The notes beneath the pieces are model-generated. The model was not told where the DNA came from. It did no database searches and saw only the letters and a program-made list of their open reading frames with translations. Below are positions 8,334 through 16,404 of a stretch of 32,000 nt of DNA, in pieces. Numbering within the stretch: position 1 is the first letter of the stretch; each line of letters opens with the position of its first letter. The stretch is taken from the NCBI GenBank assembly GCA_965234525.1, contig OZ248515.1, positions 1,864,492-1,896,491 of the forward strand, in the 5' to 3' direction. Source of the stretch: Caulobacteraceae bacterium. GTDB lineage: Bacteria; Pseudomonadota; Alphaproteobacteria; Caulobacterales; Aquidulcibacteraceae. Made by a program: the position numbers and the translations under genes.

Positions 8334-8429
8334 GGTCGGGCTTTGGCAACTTTGTAAGCTAAAGCGAATGGCCAAGTTGGACGCTGTCCGCTACCTTCGT
8401 AAGGCTCCAGCTTAGGACTTCAAATCATC

Positions 8430-9587
8430 ATGCAGCCATTCTCAATCCACATCGCGCAAGAAAAACTGGATGCGGTTTATAAGCGCGTCGAGGCTTTCCA
8501 CTGGCCAGACGTGCCAGCCGATGAAGGTGCTGAAGATTGGTCTCGCGGTGCCTCCACGCCATGGCTGAAAGGGCTTCAGGATTACTGGCTCAGCACTTAT
8601 GACTGGCGGGCAGTCGAAGCTGACCTCAATCGTCTGCCGCAGTTTCAGGTCACGATTGATGGCCAAGATCTCCACTTCCACCATATTGTGGGCGAGGCAG
8701 GGGGCAAGCGTCCTTTATTGCTTAGTCACGGGTGGCCGGGTTCGGTGTTTGAGTTTCACAAGGTTATTGGCCCCCTTGCCTTCCCAACCCAGCATGGCGG
8801 CAAGGCCGAGGATGCGTTTGATTTGATCATACCCAGTCTGCCCGGGTATGGCTTTTCAGGGCGGCCCTCCCGCCCGATAGGCCCCCGCACTACGGCAGGC
8901 CTTTTTCGCAAATTGATGGTGGATGTTTTGGGCTATAAGACCTTCATCGCCCAAGGCGGAGATTGGGGCTCGGTGGTCACCTCCTGGTTAGGTCTTGACC
9001 ACGCCGATGTGGTTTCCGGTATTCACCTCAACATGCTGGGGTTACGTCCGGACATGTCGACGCTAACCACGCCAGAGCGGGGCGCTTGGGCGCAGAAGTC
9101 ACAAGCCATGATGCAAATGGGCGGAGCCTATTTTCAACTTCAGACCACGCGCCCGCAATTACTGGCTATGGCTGTGACCGATTCCCCATTTGGACAGGCG
9201 GCTTGGATTGTTGAGAAGTTTCAGAATTGGAGCGATGCCTCTCGCGGCTCCCTTGATAGCATTTTTGGTAAGCAGGACCTTTTGACCAATGTCATGCATT
9301 ACTCGCTGACGGACCGCTTTGCCACGTCGGTCTGGTTCTATCGCGGGGTCTTGGAGGAGGGCAGTGGCTATTTCCTTCCACCGGGCCGACGCATTGAGGT
9401 GCCCACCGGCTTTGCCAATTTCCCGGGGGATAACATCTTTCCCAATCCACCCCGTGATTGGGTTGAGTTAGGCTATAATCTCCAACATTGGGCAGACATG
9501 CCCTATGGCGGGCATTTCGCCGCTTGGGAGGCACCAGACCTATTCGTACAGGATTTAGCTAGCTTTGGTCGTCGTATCGGTCGTTGA
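8430..9587 (+). CDS. Epoxide hydrolase (microsomal-EH-like alpha/beta hydrolase with EH N-terminal domain)
   Basis: 385 aa. The N-terminal EHN-type region is FSIHIAQEKLDAVYKRVEAFHWPD. It carries the HGWPGSVFEF oxyanion motif and the nucleophile elbow GGDWGS. Confidence 0.85.
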   Translation: MQPFSIHIAQEKLDAVYKRVEAFHWPDVPADEGAEDWSRGASTPWLKGLQDYWLSTYDWRAVEADLNRLPQFQVTIDGQDLHFHHIVGEAGGKRPLLLSHGWPGSVFEFHKVIGPLAFPTQHGGKAEDAFDLIIPSLPGYGFSGRPSRPIGPRTTAGLFRKLMVDVLGYKTFIAQGGDWGSVVTSWLGLDHADVVSGIHLNMLGLRPDMSTLTTPERGAWAQKSQAMMQMGGAYFQLQTTRPQLLAMAVTDSPFGQAAWIVEKFQNWSDASRGSLDSIFGKQDLLTNVMHYSLTDRFATSVWFYRGVLEEGSGYFLPPGRRIEVPTGFANFPGDNIFPNPPRDWVELGYNLQHWADMPYGGHFAAWEAPDLFVQDLASFGRRIGR

Positions 9588-10559
9588 GGGCAGGTCCGCT
9601 AAGGAGCGCCCGATCCGATAGAAGCGGTCTGCCCGATGAGCTCTCAACCCCTCCGCGTCAAGGGATTCAAGCTGGTAAAGCGCTTTCTCCATCGCATCCC
9701 CGACAGACTTCATAGCACTGGCGCGCGCGCGGTGCGCGCCGCCCAGAGGCTCTGGGATGATGCCGTCAATTACGCCAAAGCCCAAAAGGTCTTCAGCGGT
9801 AATCTTCATCGCCGTGGCCGCATCCTTGGCCCGATCGGCAGAGCGATAGAGGATGGATGCCGCTCCCTCGGGTGAGATCACCGAATAGACAGAGTTTTCG
9901 AGCATCAGCACGCTATTGGCTGCCGCAATCGCAACTGCCCCGCCGGAACCACCTTCACCAGTGATGACGGACACCATCGGCACACCCAAAGTCAAACAGC
10001 GTTCGGTCGCCCGTGCAATCGCTTCGGCCTGTCCGCGTGCCTCTGCATCTAGGCCAGGAAAAGCACCAGCGGTATCGACAAAAGTTAGGACGCTGAGGCC
10101 AAATTTCTCCGCCATATCCATAAGGCGCACAGCCTTTCGGTAGCCCTCAGGTCGGGCCATGCCGAAATTATGCTTGAGACGTTGTGGTGTTGTCCGACCC
10201 TTTTCATGGCCCAGCACAACAACACGGCGGCCTCGGAAACGGCCCATGCCGCCTAGAATAGCTGCATCTTCACCAAACTTACGGTCCCCTGCAAGCTCGA
10301 CATAGTCGGTGATCAGCTCCTCGACATAATCTTTAAAGTGCGGACGATCAGGATGGCGTGCAACTTGGGTACGACGCCACGGGTCCAAATTTTGATACAG
10401 GTCTGCTAAGGCGCGATTGGCCTTTTGGCGGAGCTTTGAGACCTCAGTGCGTACGCTTGTGGCGCCGCTCTTTTCCGCAGTCGCGTTCAGCTCTTCGATC
10501 TTTTTTTCAAGATCGGCAATGGGCTTCTCGAAGTCGAGAAATGCAGGACGTTCAACCAT
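9555..10559 (-). CDS. accA: Acetyl-CoA carboxylase carboxyltransferase subunit alpha
   Basis: LDFEKPIADLEKKIEEL at the N-terminus, followed by the typical AccA core (GGMGRFRGRRVVVLGHEKGR, FVDTAGAFPG, GEGGSGGA). I set the start to the internal ATG at 10559; the track start is 10595. Confidence 0.9.
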   Translation of the reverse strand: MVERPAFLDFEKPIADLEKKIEELNATAEKSGATSVRTEVSKLRQKANRALADLYQNLDPWRRTQVARHPDRPHFKDYVEELITDYVELAGDRKFGEDAAILGGMGRFRGRRVVVLGHEKGRTTPQRLKHNFGMARPEGYRKAVRLMDMAEKFGLSVLTFVDTAGAFPGLDAEARGQAEAIARATERCLTLGVPMVSVITGEGGSGGAVAIAAANSVLMLENSVYSVISPEGAASILYRSADRAKDAATAMKITAEDLLGFGVIDGIIPEPLGGAHRARASAMKSVGDAMEKALYQLESLDAEGLRAHRADRFYRIGRSLADLPSTTDTTTKAS

Positions 10560-10682
10560 AACAAACCGATTAAGCCTCTGCGTGCACTTCGGCAAGCCTG
10601 CGCGCCAGTAGGTTATTGGTTAAAATTGCCCCAATTTGGCCCTGAAGCCTCCCAACCACTGCCTTGTTGCACCCATTTATCG

Positions 10683-10697
10683 TGTGAAACGTTCACA
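10683..10697. promoter_or_regulatory. Perfect palindrome TGTGAA-N3-TTCACA upstream of the VWA gene
   Basis: TGTGAAACGTTCACA was read directly at 10683-10697 in the accA/VWA divergent intergenic region. It resembles a CRP/FNR-family half-site pair, but the spacing is TGTGA-N5-TCACA rather than N6. Confidence 0.3.
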
Positions 10698-10719
10698 GAA
10701 GCGTTTGGAGGCAAGCCAC

Positions 10720-12561
10720 ATGATCCAACTTTACCCGCACCCATCCACACCAACAGCCCGAATGAAGTCCGCTGCCAAGCAAGTCATTTCAGTCATTTCT
10801 CTCACGGCTTTGGTGACAAGTTGCGGGACTAATCCCGCTGCCTATAACCAATATGCAGGCCCGGTCAGCCAGTCTGTCTCCACAGATGCGGTTGATTATA
10901 ATTGTCCGGCTCCGCCCGAGCGGGCAGAGCGTGGCTATCCAAGTCGCACCCGGATGGCCGTGGGAATGCCAGCTCAAGCTATAATGTCGCCGCCCCCACC
11001 GGCACCTGCCTTGGCCGATGCTACGGCCCAATCCTATGCTGCGCAAGGCAAAGTAGCTGCTCCCCCGATGCAGAATGTTGTCGTCACGGGGACGCGTATC
11101 GCCCCGATGCCACAGCAGCAATCAACGGAGAAATATCCCCTCGCGGCGATTAACAGCGTCAAGCAAACGGCAGAGAACCCAGTCTCAACCTTCGCCATGG
11201 AAGTCGATACCGCCTCCTACGCCAATGCGCGTCGGTTTGTGAGTGAAGGCAGTCTGCCACCCGCGGACGCCGTACGCGTCGAAGAGTTTCTGAACTATTT
11301 TGATTATGGCTATGCCAAGTCACGAGATCGCAAGTTGCCATTCTCTACCACGGTCGCGGTAGTGCCTTCGCCATGGGCTGATGAAAAGCAGATCGTGCAT
11401 GTCGGGCTTTCCGGTTACGACATCGCCCGTAGCGAACGCCCACCTTTAAATCTCACGATGCTGATGGATGTTTCGGGATCCATGTATGCAGAAGACCGTT
11501 TGCCTTTGGCCAAGCGGGCCTTGGCCCTTTTAGCCCCAAACCTCAATGGTCGAGACCGTGTATCCATCGTGGTCTATGCAGGCGCAGCAGGGGTGGTTCT
11601 GAAGCCAACGCCCGGGAACCAGACCCGTGACATCGTTTGTGCGCTTGAAATCCTGCAAGCTGGTGGCTCAACCGCCGGCGGGGAAGGCATTCGCCTTGCC
11701 TATGAAACAGCTGCCAAGAATTACAATAAAGATGGGGTCAATCGGGTCATCCTGATGACGGATGGCGATTTCAATGTCGGCATTTCTGATCCGCGCGCCT
11801 TACAAAGCTATGTGACCGACCAACGCAAGAAGGGCATCTATCTCTCTGTGTTTGGCTTTGGTCGCGGCAATTACAATGACACGATGATGCAAGCCTTGGC
11901 CCAGAACGGCAATGGTGTCGCCACCTATATCGACACCATCCAAGAGGCCCGCAAAGTGTTTGATACCCAGATTGGTGGCACGCTCTTCCCCATCGCCGAC
12001 GATGTGAAAGCGCAAGTCGAGTTCAATCCAGCCCGTGTAAAAGAATGGCGCTTGATTGGTTATGAGACGCGCGCCCTCAACCGCGAGGACTTTAACAATG
12101 ACGCCGTCGATGCGGGCGAGATCGGCGCGGGTCACCAAGTCACGGCGCTTTATGAAATCACGCCCGTGGGTGCCCAAGGCAGTGTTGATCCCCTTCGATA
12201 TGGGGCCGCCACTCAAACCCCTGCAACAGGTAAGGCCAAGGAGCTGGGGCTATTGCGCTTGCGCTACAAAGTACCCGGTGAGGCCAATTCCCGCTTAATT
12301 GAGCGGCCAATTACCGACTCAGATCGCAGCGCCAGCTTTGACCGCGCGCCAGAGGCAACCCGCTTTGCCATCGCGGTGGCCGGCTATGCCCAACTCCTCC
12401 GCCAAGACCCTTGGATTGGCAAAGGCTTTGGTTTTGCTGATGTCACCCGCATCGCCAAGGGTGCCAAGGGCGAGGATCGATTTGGGTTCCGAGATGAGTT
12501 TGTCGACCTTGTCTCGCGCGCCGAAGGGTTGGACCGTTTGCCAATTCAAAGCCAAGACTAA
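10720..12561 (+). CDS. von Willebrand factor type A domain lipoprotein (YfbK-like: VWA N-terminal domain + VWA + DUF3520-like C-terminus)
   Basis: The MIDAS motif is DVSGSM. The N-terminal VWA-associated region is FAMEVDTASYANARRFV...VEEFLNYFDY. The lipoprotein signal is ...SLTALVTSCG. The ATG at 10720 has GGAGG 8 nt upstream; the ATG at 10762 is an alternative, and the track start is 10636. Confidence 0.85.
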   Translation: MIQLYPHPSTPTARMKSAAKQVISVISLTALVTSCGTNPAAYNQYAGPVSQSVSTDAVDYNCPAPPERAERGYPSRTRMAVGMPAQAIMSPPPPAPALADATAQSYAAQGKVAAPPMQNVVVTGTRIAPMPQQQSTEKYPLAAINSVKQTAENPVSTFAMEVDTASYANARRFVSEGSLPPADAVRVEEFLNYFDYGYAKSRDRKLPFSTTVAVVPSPWADEKQIVHVGLSGYDIARSERPPLNLTMLMDVSGSMYAEDRLPLAKRALALLAPNLNGRDRVSIVVYAGAAGVVLKPTPGNQTRDIVCALEILQAGGSTAGGEGIRLAYETAAKNYNKDGVNRVILMTDGDFNVGISDPRALQSYVTDQRKKGIYLSVFGFGRGNYNDTMMQALAQNGNGVATYIDTIQEARKVFDTQIGGTLFPIADDVKAQVEFNPARVKEWRLIGYETRALNREDFNNDAVDAGEIGAGHQVTALYEITPVGAQGSVDPLRYGAATQTPATGKAKELGLLRLRYKVPGEANSRLIERPITDSDRSASFDRAPEATRFAIAVAGYAQLLRQDPWIGKGFGFADVTRIAKGAKGEDRFGFRDEFVDLVSRAEGLDRLPIQSQD

Positions 12562-12571
12562 GTTAGAATTG

Positions 12572-12600
12572 GGCGTGGTGGTTTCTGCGACCGCCACGCC
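12572..12600. terminator. Hairpin between convergent genes (putative bidirectional terminator)
   Basis: GGCGTGGTGGTT-TCTGC-GACCGCCACGCC forms a 12-bp stem (two G-U pairs) with a 5-nt loop. It lies in the 48-bp gap between the VWA stop and the oxidoreductase stop. There is no clear U-tract. Confidence 0.45.
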
Positions 12601-12609
12601 TATCGGCCT

Positions 12610-14034
12610 TTACCCTAACAGCTTCAGGAATTTCACTAATTTTCGGGTGCGGTCTGAGAATAGGGTGGGGGTGAAATAGGCCCCTGCCGCGCGTTTGACG
12701 ATTTCGCTGCGCGTTGGATAGGGCGAGATTAGGCTGGTGATCGCACTCACGCCTTTCTTATTCGCCATGGCCAGACCAACCAGCTGGATGGCTTCGCCCG
12801 CCCCTTCCCCGACGATGGTGGCACCGAGGATTTTGCCACCCTTGCCAATGATGAGCTTGCAGAAGCCCTCGGTAGACCGCTCGGTCTGGGCGCGGTCATT
12901 ATCCTCAAACTCGGCCTTGGTGACGGTGACGTCGCTGCCAAACTGATCGCGAGCTTGTGCTTCGGTCAGGCCGATTTTGGCGACTTCCGGGTCGCAATAG
13001 GCCACCGCAGGCATATAGGGGACAGCGGCTGTCGCCGGGGCCTTAAACACGGCATTGCGAATAAAGACGCTGGCGTGGAAGCCCGCTGCATGGGTCAATT
13101 GTTCTTTCCCCGCCACATCGCCAATCGCCCAGACGCGAGGATTAGACACACTGCGCAAGCGATCATCTGTCGCAACGCCCTTGCGGCTATAGGTGACATT
13201 AGCTTTATCCAGCCCAATGTTCTCAACCCGTGCTGCTCGGCCGACCGCGACCAACAAGCGCTCCGCTTTGAGCACCCGGCCATCTTCTAAGGTGACGGCT
13301 ATCTCGGTGTGGTCACCCGATACAGCGACAGCTTTGGCCCCTTCATACACGCTCACGCCATCGGCGGTCAGGCTAGCGCGCACAATCTCTACCGCCTCAG
13401 GCTCTTGCGGGCCCATGATGGTCATCGCCTCAACCAAGGTCACTTGCGTGCCCAATCGGGCAAAGGCTTGGCCGAGTTCAACCCCGATCACGCCACCACC
13501 CAATACGATCAGGCTCTTGGGCTGGGTTTCTTGGGCAAAGACGGTCTCATTGGTCAGGAAGGGCGTCTCGCTAAGGCCTGGGATAGGCGGCACAAAGGCG
13601 CTGGCACCCGTGGCAATCACGAATTTTTGCGCTGTGACCTTTGCAGATGCGCTCTCAACCGTACGCGGGTCGATAAAAAAGGCATGTTCGCGAAAGACAG
13701 TGCAGCCCAAGCCTTCAAAGCGCTCTTGGCTGTCGATCGGTGCGATGGTCTCGATCACACCATCGATATGGCCGCGCAGTTTGTTCCAGTCGACCACCGC
13801 CTTGGTGTCTTCAATGCCAAAGCGGCTAGCATGTTGCATCGCATGGGCGGTCTTGGCCGCAGCAATCAGCGCCTTGGATGGAACGCAGCCGGTGTTGAGG
13901 CAATCGCCGCCCATTTCGCCTTCTTCATAAAGGACGACCGACAAGCCAAGCTGTGCCGCGCCTGCTGCAACCGACAAGCCTGCGGCACCTGCCCCGATGA
14001 CGCAAATATCGACGTTGAGTTGCTGCTGGCTCAT
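12610..14034 (-). CDS. FAD-dependent pyridine nucleotide-disulfide oxidoreductase (MerA/LpdA-like class I flavoprotein disulfide reductase)
   Basis: It has the FAD motif VIGAGAAG, the redox-active disulfide GGDCLNTGCVPSK, a second Rossmann motif VLGGGVIGVE and a dimerisation domain. The ATG at 14034 (MSQQQLNVD) overlaps the upstream TGA as ATGA. Confidence 0.85.
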   Translation of the reverse strand: MSQQQLNVDICVIGAGAAGLSVAAGAAQLGLSVVLYEEGEMGGDCLNTGCVPSKALIAAAKTAHAMQHASRFGIEDTKAVVDWNKLRGHIDGVIETIAPIDSQERFEGLGCTVFREHAFFIDPRTVESASAKVTAQKFVIATGASAFVPPIPGLSETPFLTNETVFAQETQPKSLIVLGGGVIGVELGQAFARLGTQVTLVEAMTIMGPQEPEAVEIVRASLTADGVSVYEGAKAVAVSGDHTEIAVTLEDGRVLKAERLLVAVGRAARVENIGLDKANVTYSRKGVATDDRLRSVSNPRVWAIGDVAGKEQLTHAAGFHASVFIRNAVFKAPATAAVPYMPAVAYCDPEVAKIGLTEAQARDQFGSDVTVTKAEFEDNDRAQTERSTEGFCKLIIGKGGKILGATIVGEGAGEAIQLVGLAMANKKGVSAITSLISPYPTRSEIVKRAAGAYFTPTLFSDRTRKLVKFLKLLG

Positions 14035-14759
14035 GCATGTTTCCGTTTCGATTGAACAAATTTCCAAGCGCTGGGCAGCAGCGCTAAGACTGCCAATCCC
14101 ACCAGAGGTCCCATCACTTCGGGGTTATAAATGATCTTCAAGTCCGGCGTTTGGCCCTGGGAGATCAAATGCTCAATCCCATTGCCCAGCGAGGCATAAA
14201 CGTAACAACCCGGCAGAATGCCAATGGCGGTTGCGAGAACAAAGGTGCGAAGCGGCACGCCCAAGAAGCCGGCTGCCAGATTAATGCCAAAGAAGGGGGC
14301 TATGGGCAAAAGTCGCAAGGTTAGAAGGTAGCCAAAAGCATTCTTCTGAAAGCCCTTCTCCAACCGGTCAATAATACCACCAGCCCGAGCGCGTAAGCCG
14401 CCGCCCAAGGCAGATTGGGTTGCCATAAACAAAAAGGTGGCCCCGATGGTTGCTGAGGTCGAAGCAATTGCCGTAGCGACAATTGGTCCGAAGATGGGCC
14501 CAAACATTGGACCAAACAAAAAGCCGCCGGCAATCGTGATCCAAATCGCGCCAGGCAAGGCAATCGTGGTGGCGAAAATATAAATGCCCATATAGCAAGC
14601 GATCACTAGAAGCGGCTTGGTCGTCACCAAATCACGCAAGACTTCGCTCTGCTTGGCCAAAACGTCAAACGACAGATATTTGTGCCATCCCATCGAGATC
14701 GCAAGGATCAGGCCCAAGGCGATGCCCACCAACGGGCCGAAACGTTTGAGGGCTTGCAT
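14031..14759 (-). CDS. TVP38/TMEM64 (DedA-related, SNARE-associated) family membrane protein
   Basis: A polytopic hydrophobic protein with characteristic segments LPGAIWITIAGGFLFGP and LTLRLLPIAPFFGINLAAG. The ATG at 14759 lies 2 nt after the DUF547 stop. Confidence 0.8.
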   Translation of the reverse strand: MQALKRFGPLVGIALGLILAISMGWHKYLSFDVLAKQSEVLRDLVTTKPLLVIACYMGIYIFATTIALPGAIWITIAGGFLFGPMFGPIFGPIVATAIASTSATIGATFLFMATQSALGGGLRARAGGIIDRLEKGFQKNAFGYLLTLRLLPIAPFFGINLAAGFLGVPLRTFVLATAIGILPGCYVYASLGNGIEHLISQGQTPDLKIIYNPEVMGPLVGLAVLALLPSAWKFVQSKRKHA

Positions 14760-14761
14760 GT

Positions 14762-15550
14762 TTAAGAACCTGTCGTCGCATTGATGGACCAATCATAATC
14801 ATCGCCCACAATCCGGGCATTGGTCATTTGGGTCACAAGGGTGGGTGCCGCATAGCGGCGGAGATGGGTGAGAATGCCTGCCTCATTATTCCCAAAATCA
14901 ACTTTGAACCATTGATAAATCGACGAAACACGCAGTTTTTGCGGGCCAACAACGCGAACTCCGCGCGGGGAATTGATGAAGGCGCGCGCCGCTGCATCGA
15001 GATCAGCTTCGAGCGTCTCCGTCCGCCAGCCGCGTCGACCTAAGTTTGGACAGCCGATTGAAGCGCAATTGACTGCATAATGCACACGTGGGTCGCGCCA
15101 TTGCTTGCGCAGAATATTGTGTTCGATGTCATCCAGCGAGAGTAGCTTGCCCTCAACCCGCACACGGGGCTCTTTCCACGGGCCCATGGCCAACAGATTT
15201 GGCTTGATCTCGCGGATAGATTTTACCGGATAGCGCGCCAGCACGACTTGAACGGTGATGGCATTATAGAGATTAGCCCACGTGGCAAATTGAGTGGCCT
15301 TGGGTAGACTTGAGATCTTCAAGCCCGCAAGCCCAGCAACAACAGCATCCAGTGCGCGCATGTCCGCTGCACTTGCCTTCCAAGCCGCATAATCAACCCG
15401 GTTCAGGCCGGTGGAATCAGGGCGCACATAACGGCCTAAAAGCTCATCCCACAAAGCTTGCGGTGTCTTGCCGGGGGCTGCGCCGAGGGCAGGCGGGGTA
15501 AGGGTCATCAGGGCCGCACTTCCAATTACCAGGCTTCTGCGCGAAATCAT
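14762..15550 (-). CDS. DUF547 domain protein with twin-arginine-like signal peptide
   Basis: DUF547-type motifs are WANLYNAITV and VHYAVNCASIGCPNL. The N-terminus is MISRRSLVIGSAALMTLTPPALGA. The ATG at 15550 is preceded by AGGAG with a 5-nt spacer; the track start is 15610. Confidence 0.75.
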   Translation of the reverse strand: MISRRSLVIGSAALMTLTPPALGAAPGKTPQALWDELLGRYVRPDSTGLNRVDYAAWKASAADMRALDAVVAGLAGLKISSLPKATQFATWANLYNAITVQVVLARYPVKSIREIKPNLLAMGPWKEPRVRVEGKLLSLDDIEHNILRKQWRDPRVHYAVNCASIGCPNLGRRGWRTETLEADLDAAARAFINSPRGVRVVGPQKLRVSSIYQWFKVDFGNNEAGILTHLRRYAAPTLVTQMTNARIVGDDYDWSINATTGS

Positions 15551-15671
15551 GGTCACTCCTAACCTATTCTTGACCCTGCATACGCTTTTTTCTGCAGGGC
15601 GGTTGCACAATGGCTGCAGGAGATGGCGCAGTGGACTTCACCTTAAGGGCAAAACCGCGTAGGTCAGACCT

Positions 15672-16334
15672 ATGAAAGCTGCCGTCATCATCTACCCCGG
15701 ATCGAATTGTGACCGCGATTGCAAAGTCGCTTTGGAGCGCAGCGTCGATGCGCAAGTCTCTATGGTTTGGCATAAGGAAACCAGCCTACCAGAAGGCTTG
15801 GATCTGATTGTCCTGCCGGGTGGTTTTTCCTATGGCGATTATCTTCGTTGTGGTGCAATGGCCGCCCTCTCTCCAGTCACCCGCGCTGTGGTGGATGCAG
15901 CAAAGGCTGGCGTGCCTGTCCTAGGTATTTGCAACGGCTTCCAAGTTTTGTGTGAGACCGGGCTTCTGCCCGGTGCCTTGTTACGCAACGCCAGCCTGAA
16001 ATATGTCTGCAAGCCTGTCGCGCTGGAAGTTACCAATGTCGCGACGCCTTTCACACGCGCTTTTGGCAACCGCACAGATGCTGTCATGACCGTCGGCAAT
16101 GGAGAAGGAAACTACTTCGCCGAAGACAGCGTGCTCGACGAGCTGGAGCAAGAAAACCGCGTTGCCTTCCGTTACAAGGAAGAGGTCAATGGCTCTTTAA
16201 GGCGCATCGCGGGCATCGTGGACCCAACCGGGCGCATCCTTGGCATGATGCCCCATCCAGACCGCGCTTTTGAAGCCGAACTGGGTAGCGCTGACGGGGC
16301 CTTGGTGTTCCAAAGCCTGTTGGAAGCAGCCTAG
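15672..16334 (+). CDS. purQ: Phosphoribosylformylglycinamidine synthase subunit PurQ (glutaminase)
   Basis: [16 protein letters not shown] at the N-terminus, GFSYGDYLR, the catalytic-Cys context GICNGFQ, and MPHPDR near the C-terminus. Confidence 0.92.
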   Translation: MKAAVIIYPGSNCDRDCKVALERSVDAQVSMVWHKETSLPEGLDLIVLPGGFSYGDYLRCGAMAALSPVTRAVVDAAKAGVPVLGICNGFQVLCETGLLPGALLRNASLKYVCKPVALEVTNVATPFTRAFGNRTDAVMTVGNGEGNYFAEDSVLDELEQENRVAFRYKEEVNGSLRRIAGIVDPTGRILGMMPHPDRAFEAELGSADGALVFQSLLEAA

Positions 16335-16361
16335 CCTGCCATTGGTAGCCGCAAAAATGAC

Positions 16362-16388
16362 GGGCAGGGGTCGACTCTGCCGGTTTTG
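16362..16388 (+). terminator. Weak hairpin plus T-run after purQ
   Basis: GGCAG (16363-16367) pairs with CTGCC (16377-16381), followed by GGTTTTG. The stem is short, so confidence is low. Confidence 0.3.
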
Positions 16389-16404
16389 TCATTAAGTCAC
16401 GGCC

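Noticed and set aside
10720-12561. VWA protein as part of a MoxR/BatA-type or VWA-based signalling or defence system
   Set aside because: No AAA+ MoxR, Bat, TPR or kinase/phosphatase partner genes are adjacent. It is a single lipoprotein gene between accA and a convergent operon.
12299-12679. 126-aa + strand ORF spanning the VWA 3' end and the terminator hairpin
   Set aside because: It is out of frame inside the well-supported VWA gene, runs through the hairpin into the convergent reductase gene, and shows no motifs.
12610-14034. Mercury resistance (mer) operon
   Set aside because: There are no merR, merT, merP or merC genes, no HMA domain and no C-terminal Cys pair on the reductase. Only general class I flavoprotein disulfide reductase features are present.
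13193-14055. Two long + strand ORFs (245 and 248 aa) antisense to the flavoprotein reductase gene
   Set aside because: Their translations are Arg/Ala/Ser/Pro-rich and low in complexity, with no motifs. They lie fully inside a gene with strong family signatures. This is the typical GC-rich antisense open-frame artefact. The same reasoning applies to 19514-20281, 22144-22752, 24049-24558, 28034-28531, 28870-29337 and 31041-31565.
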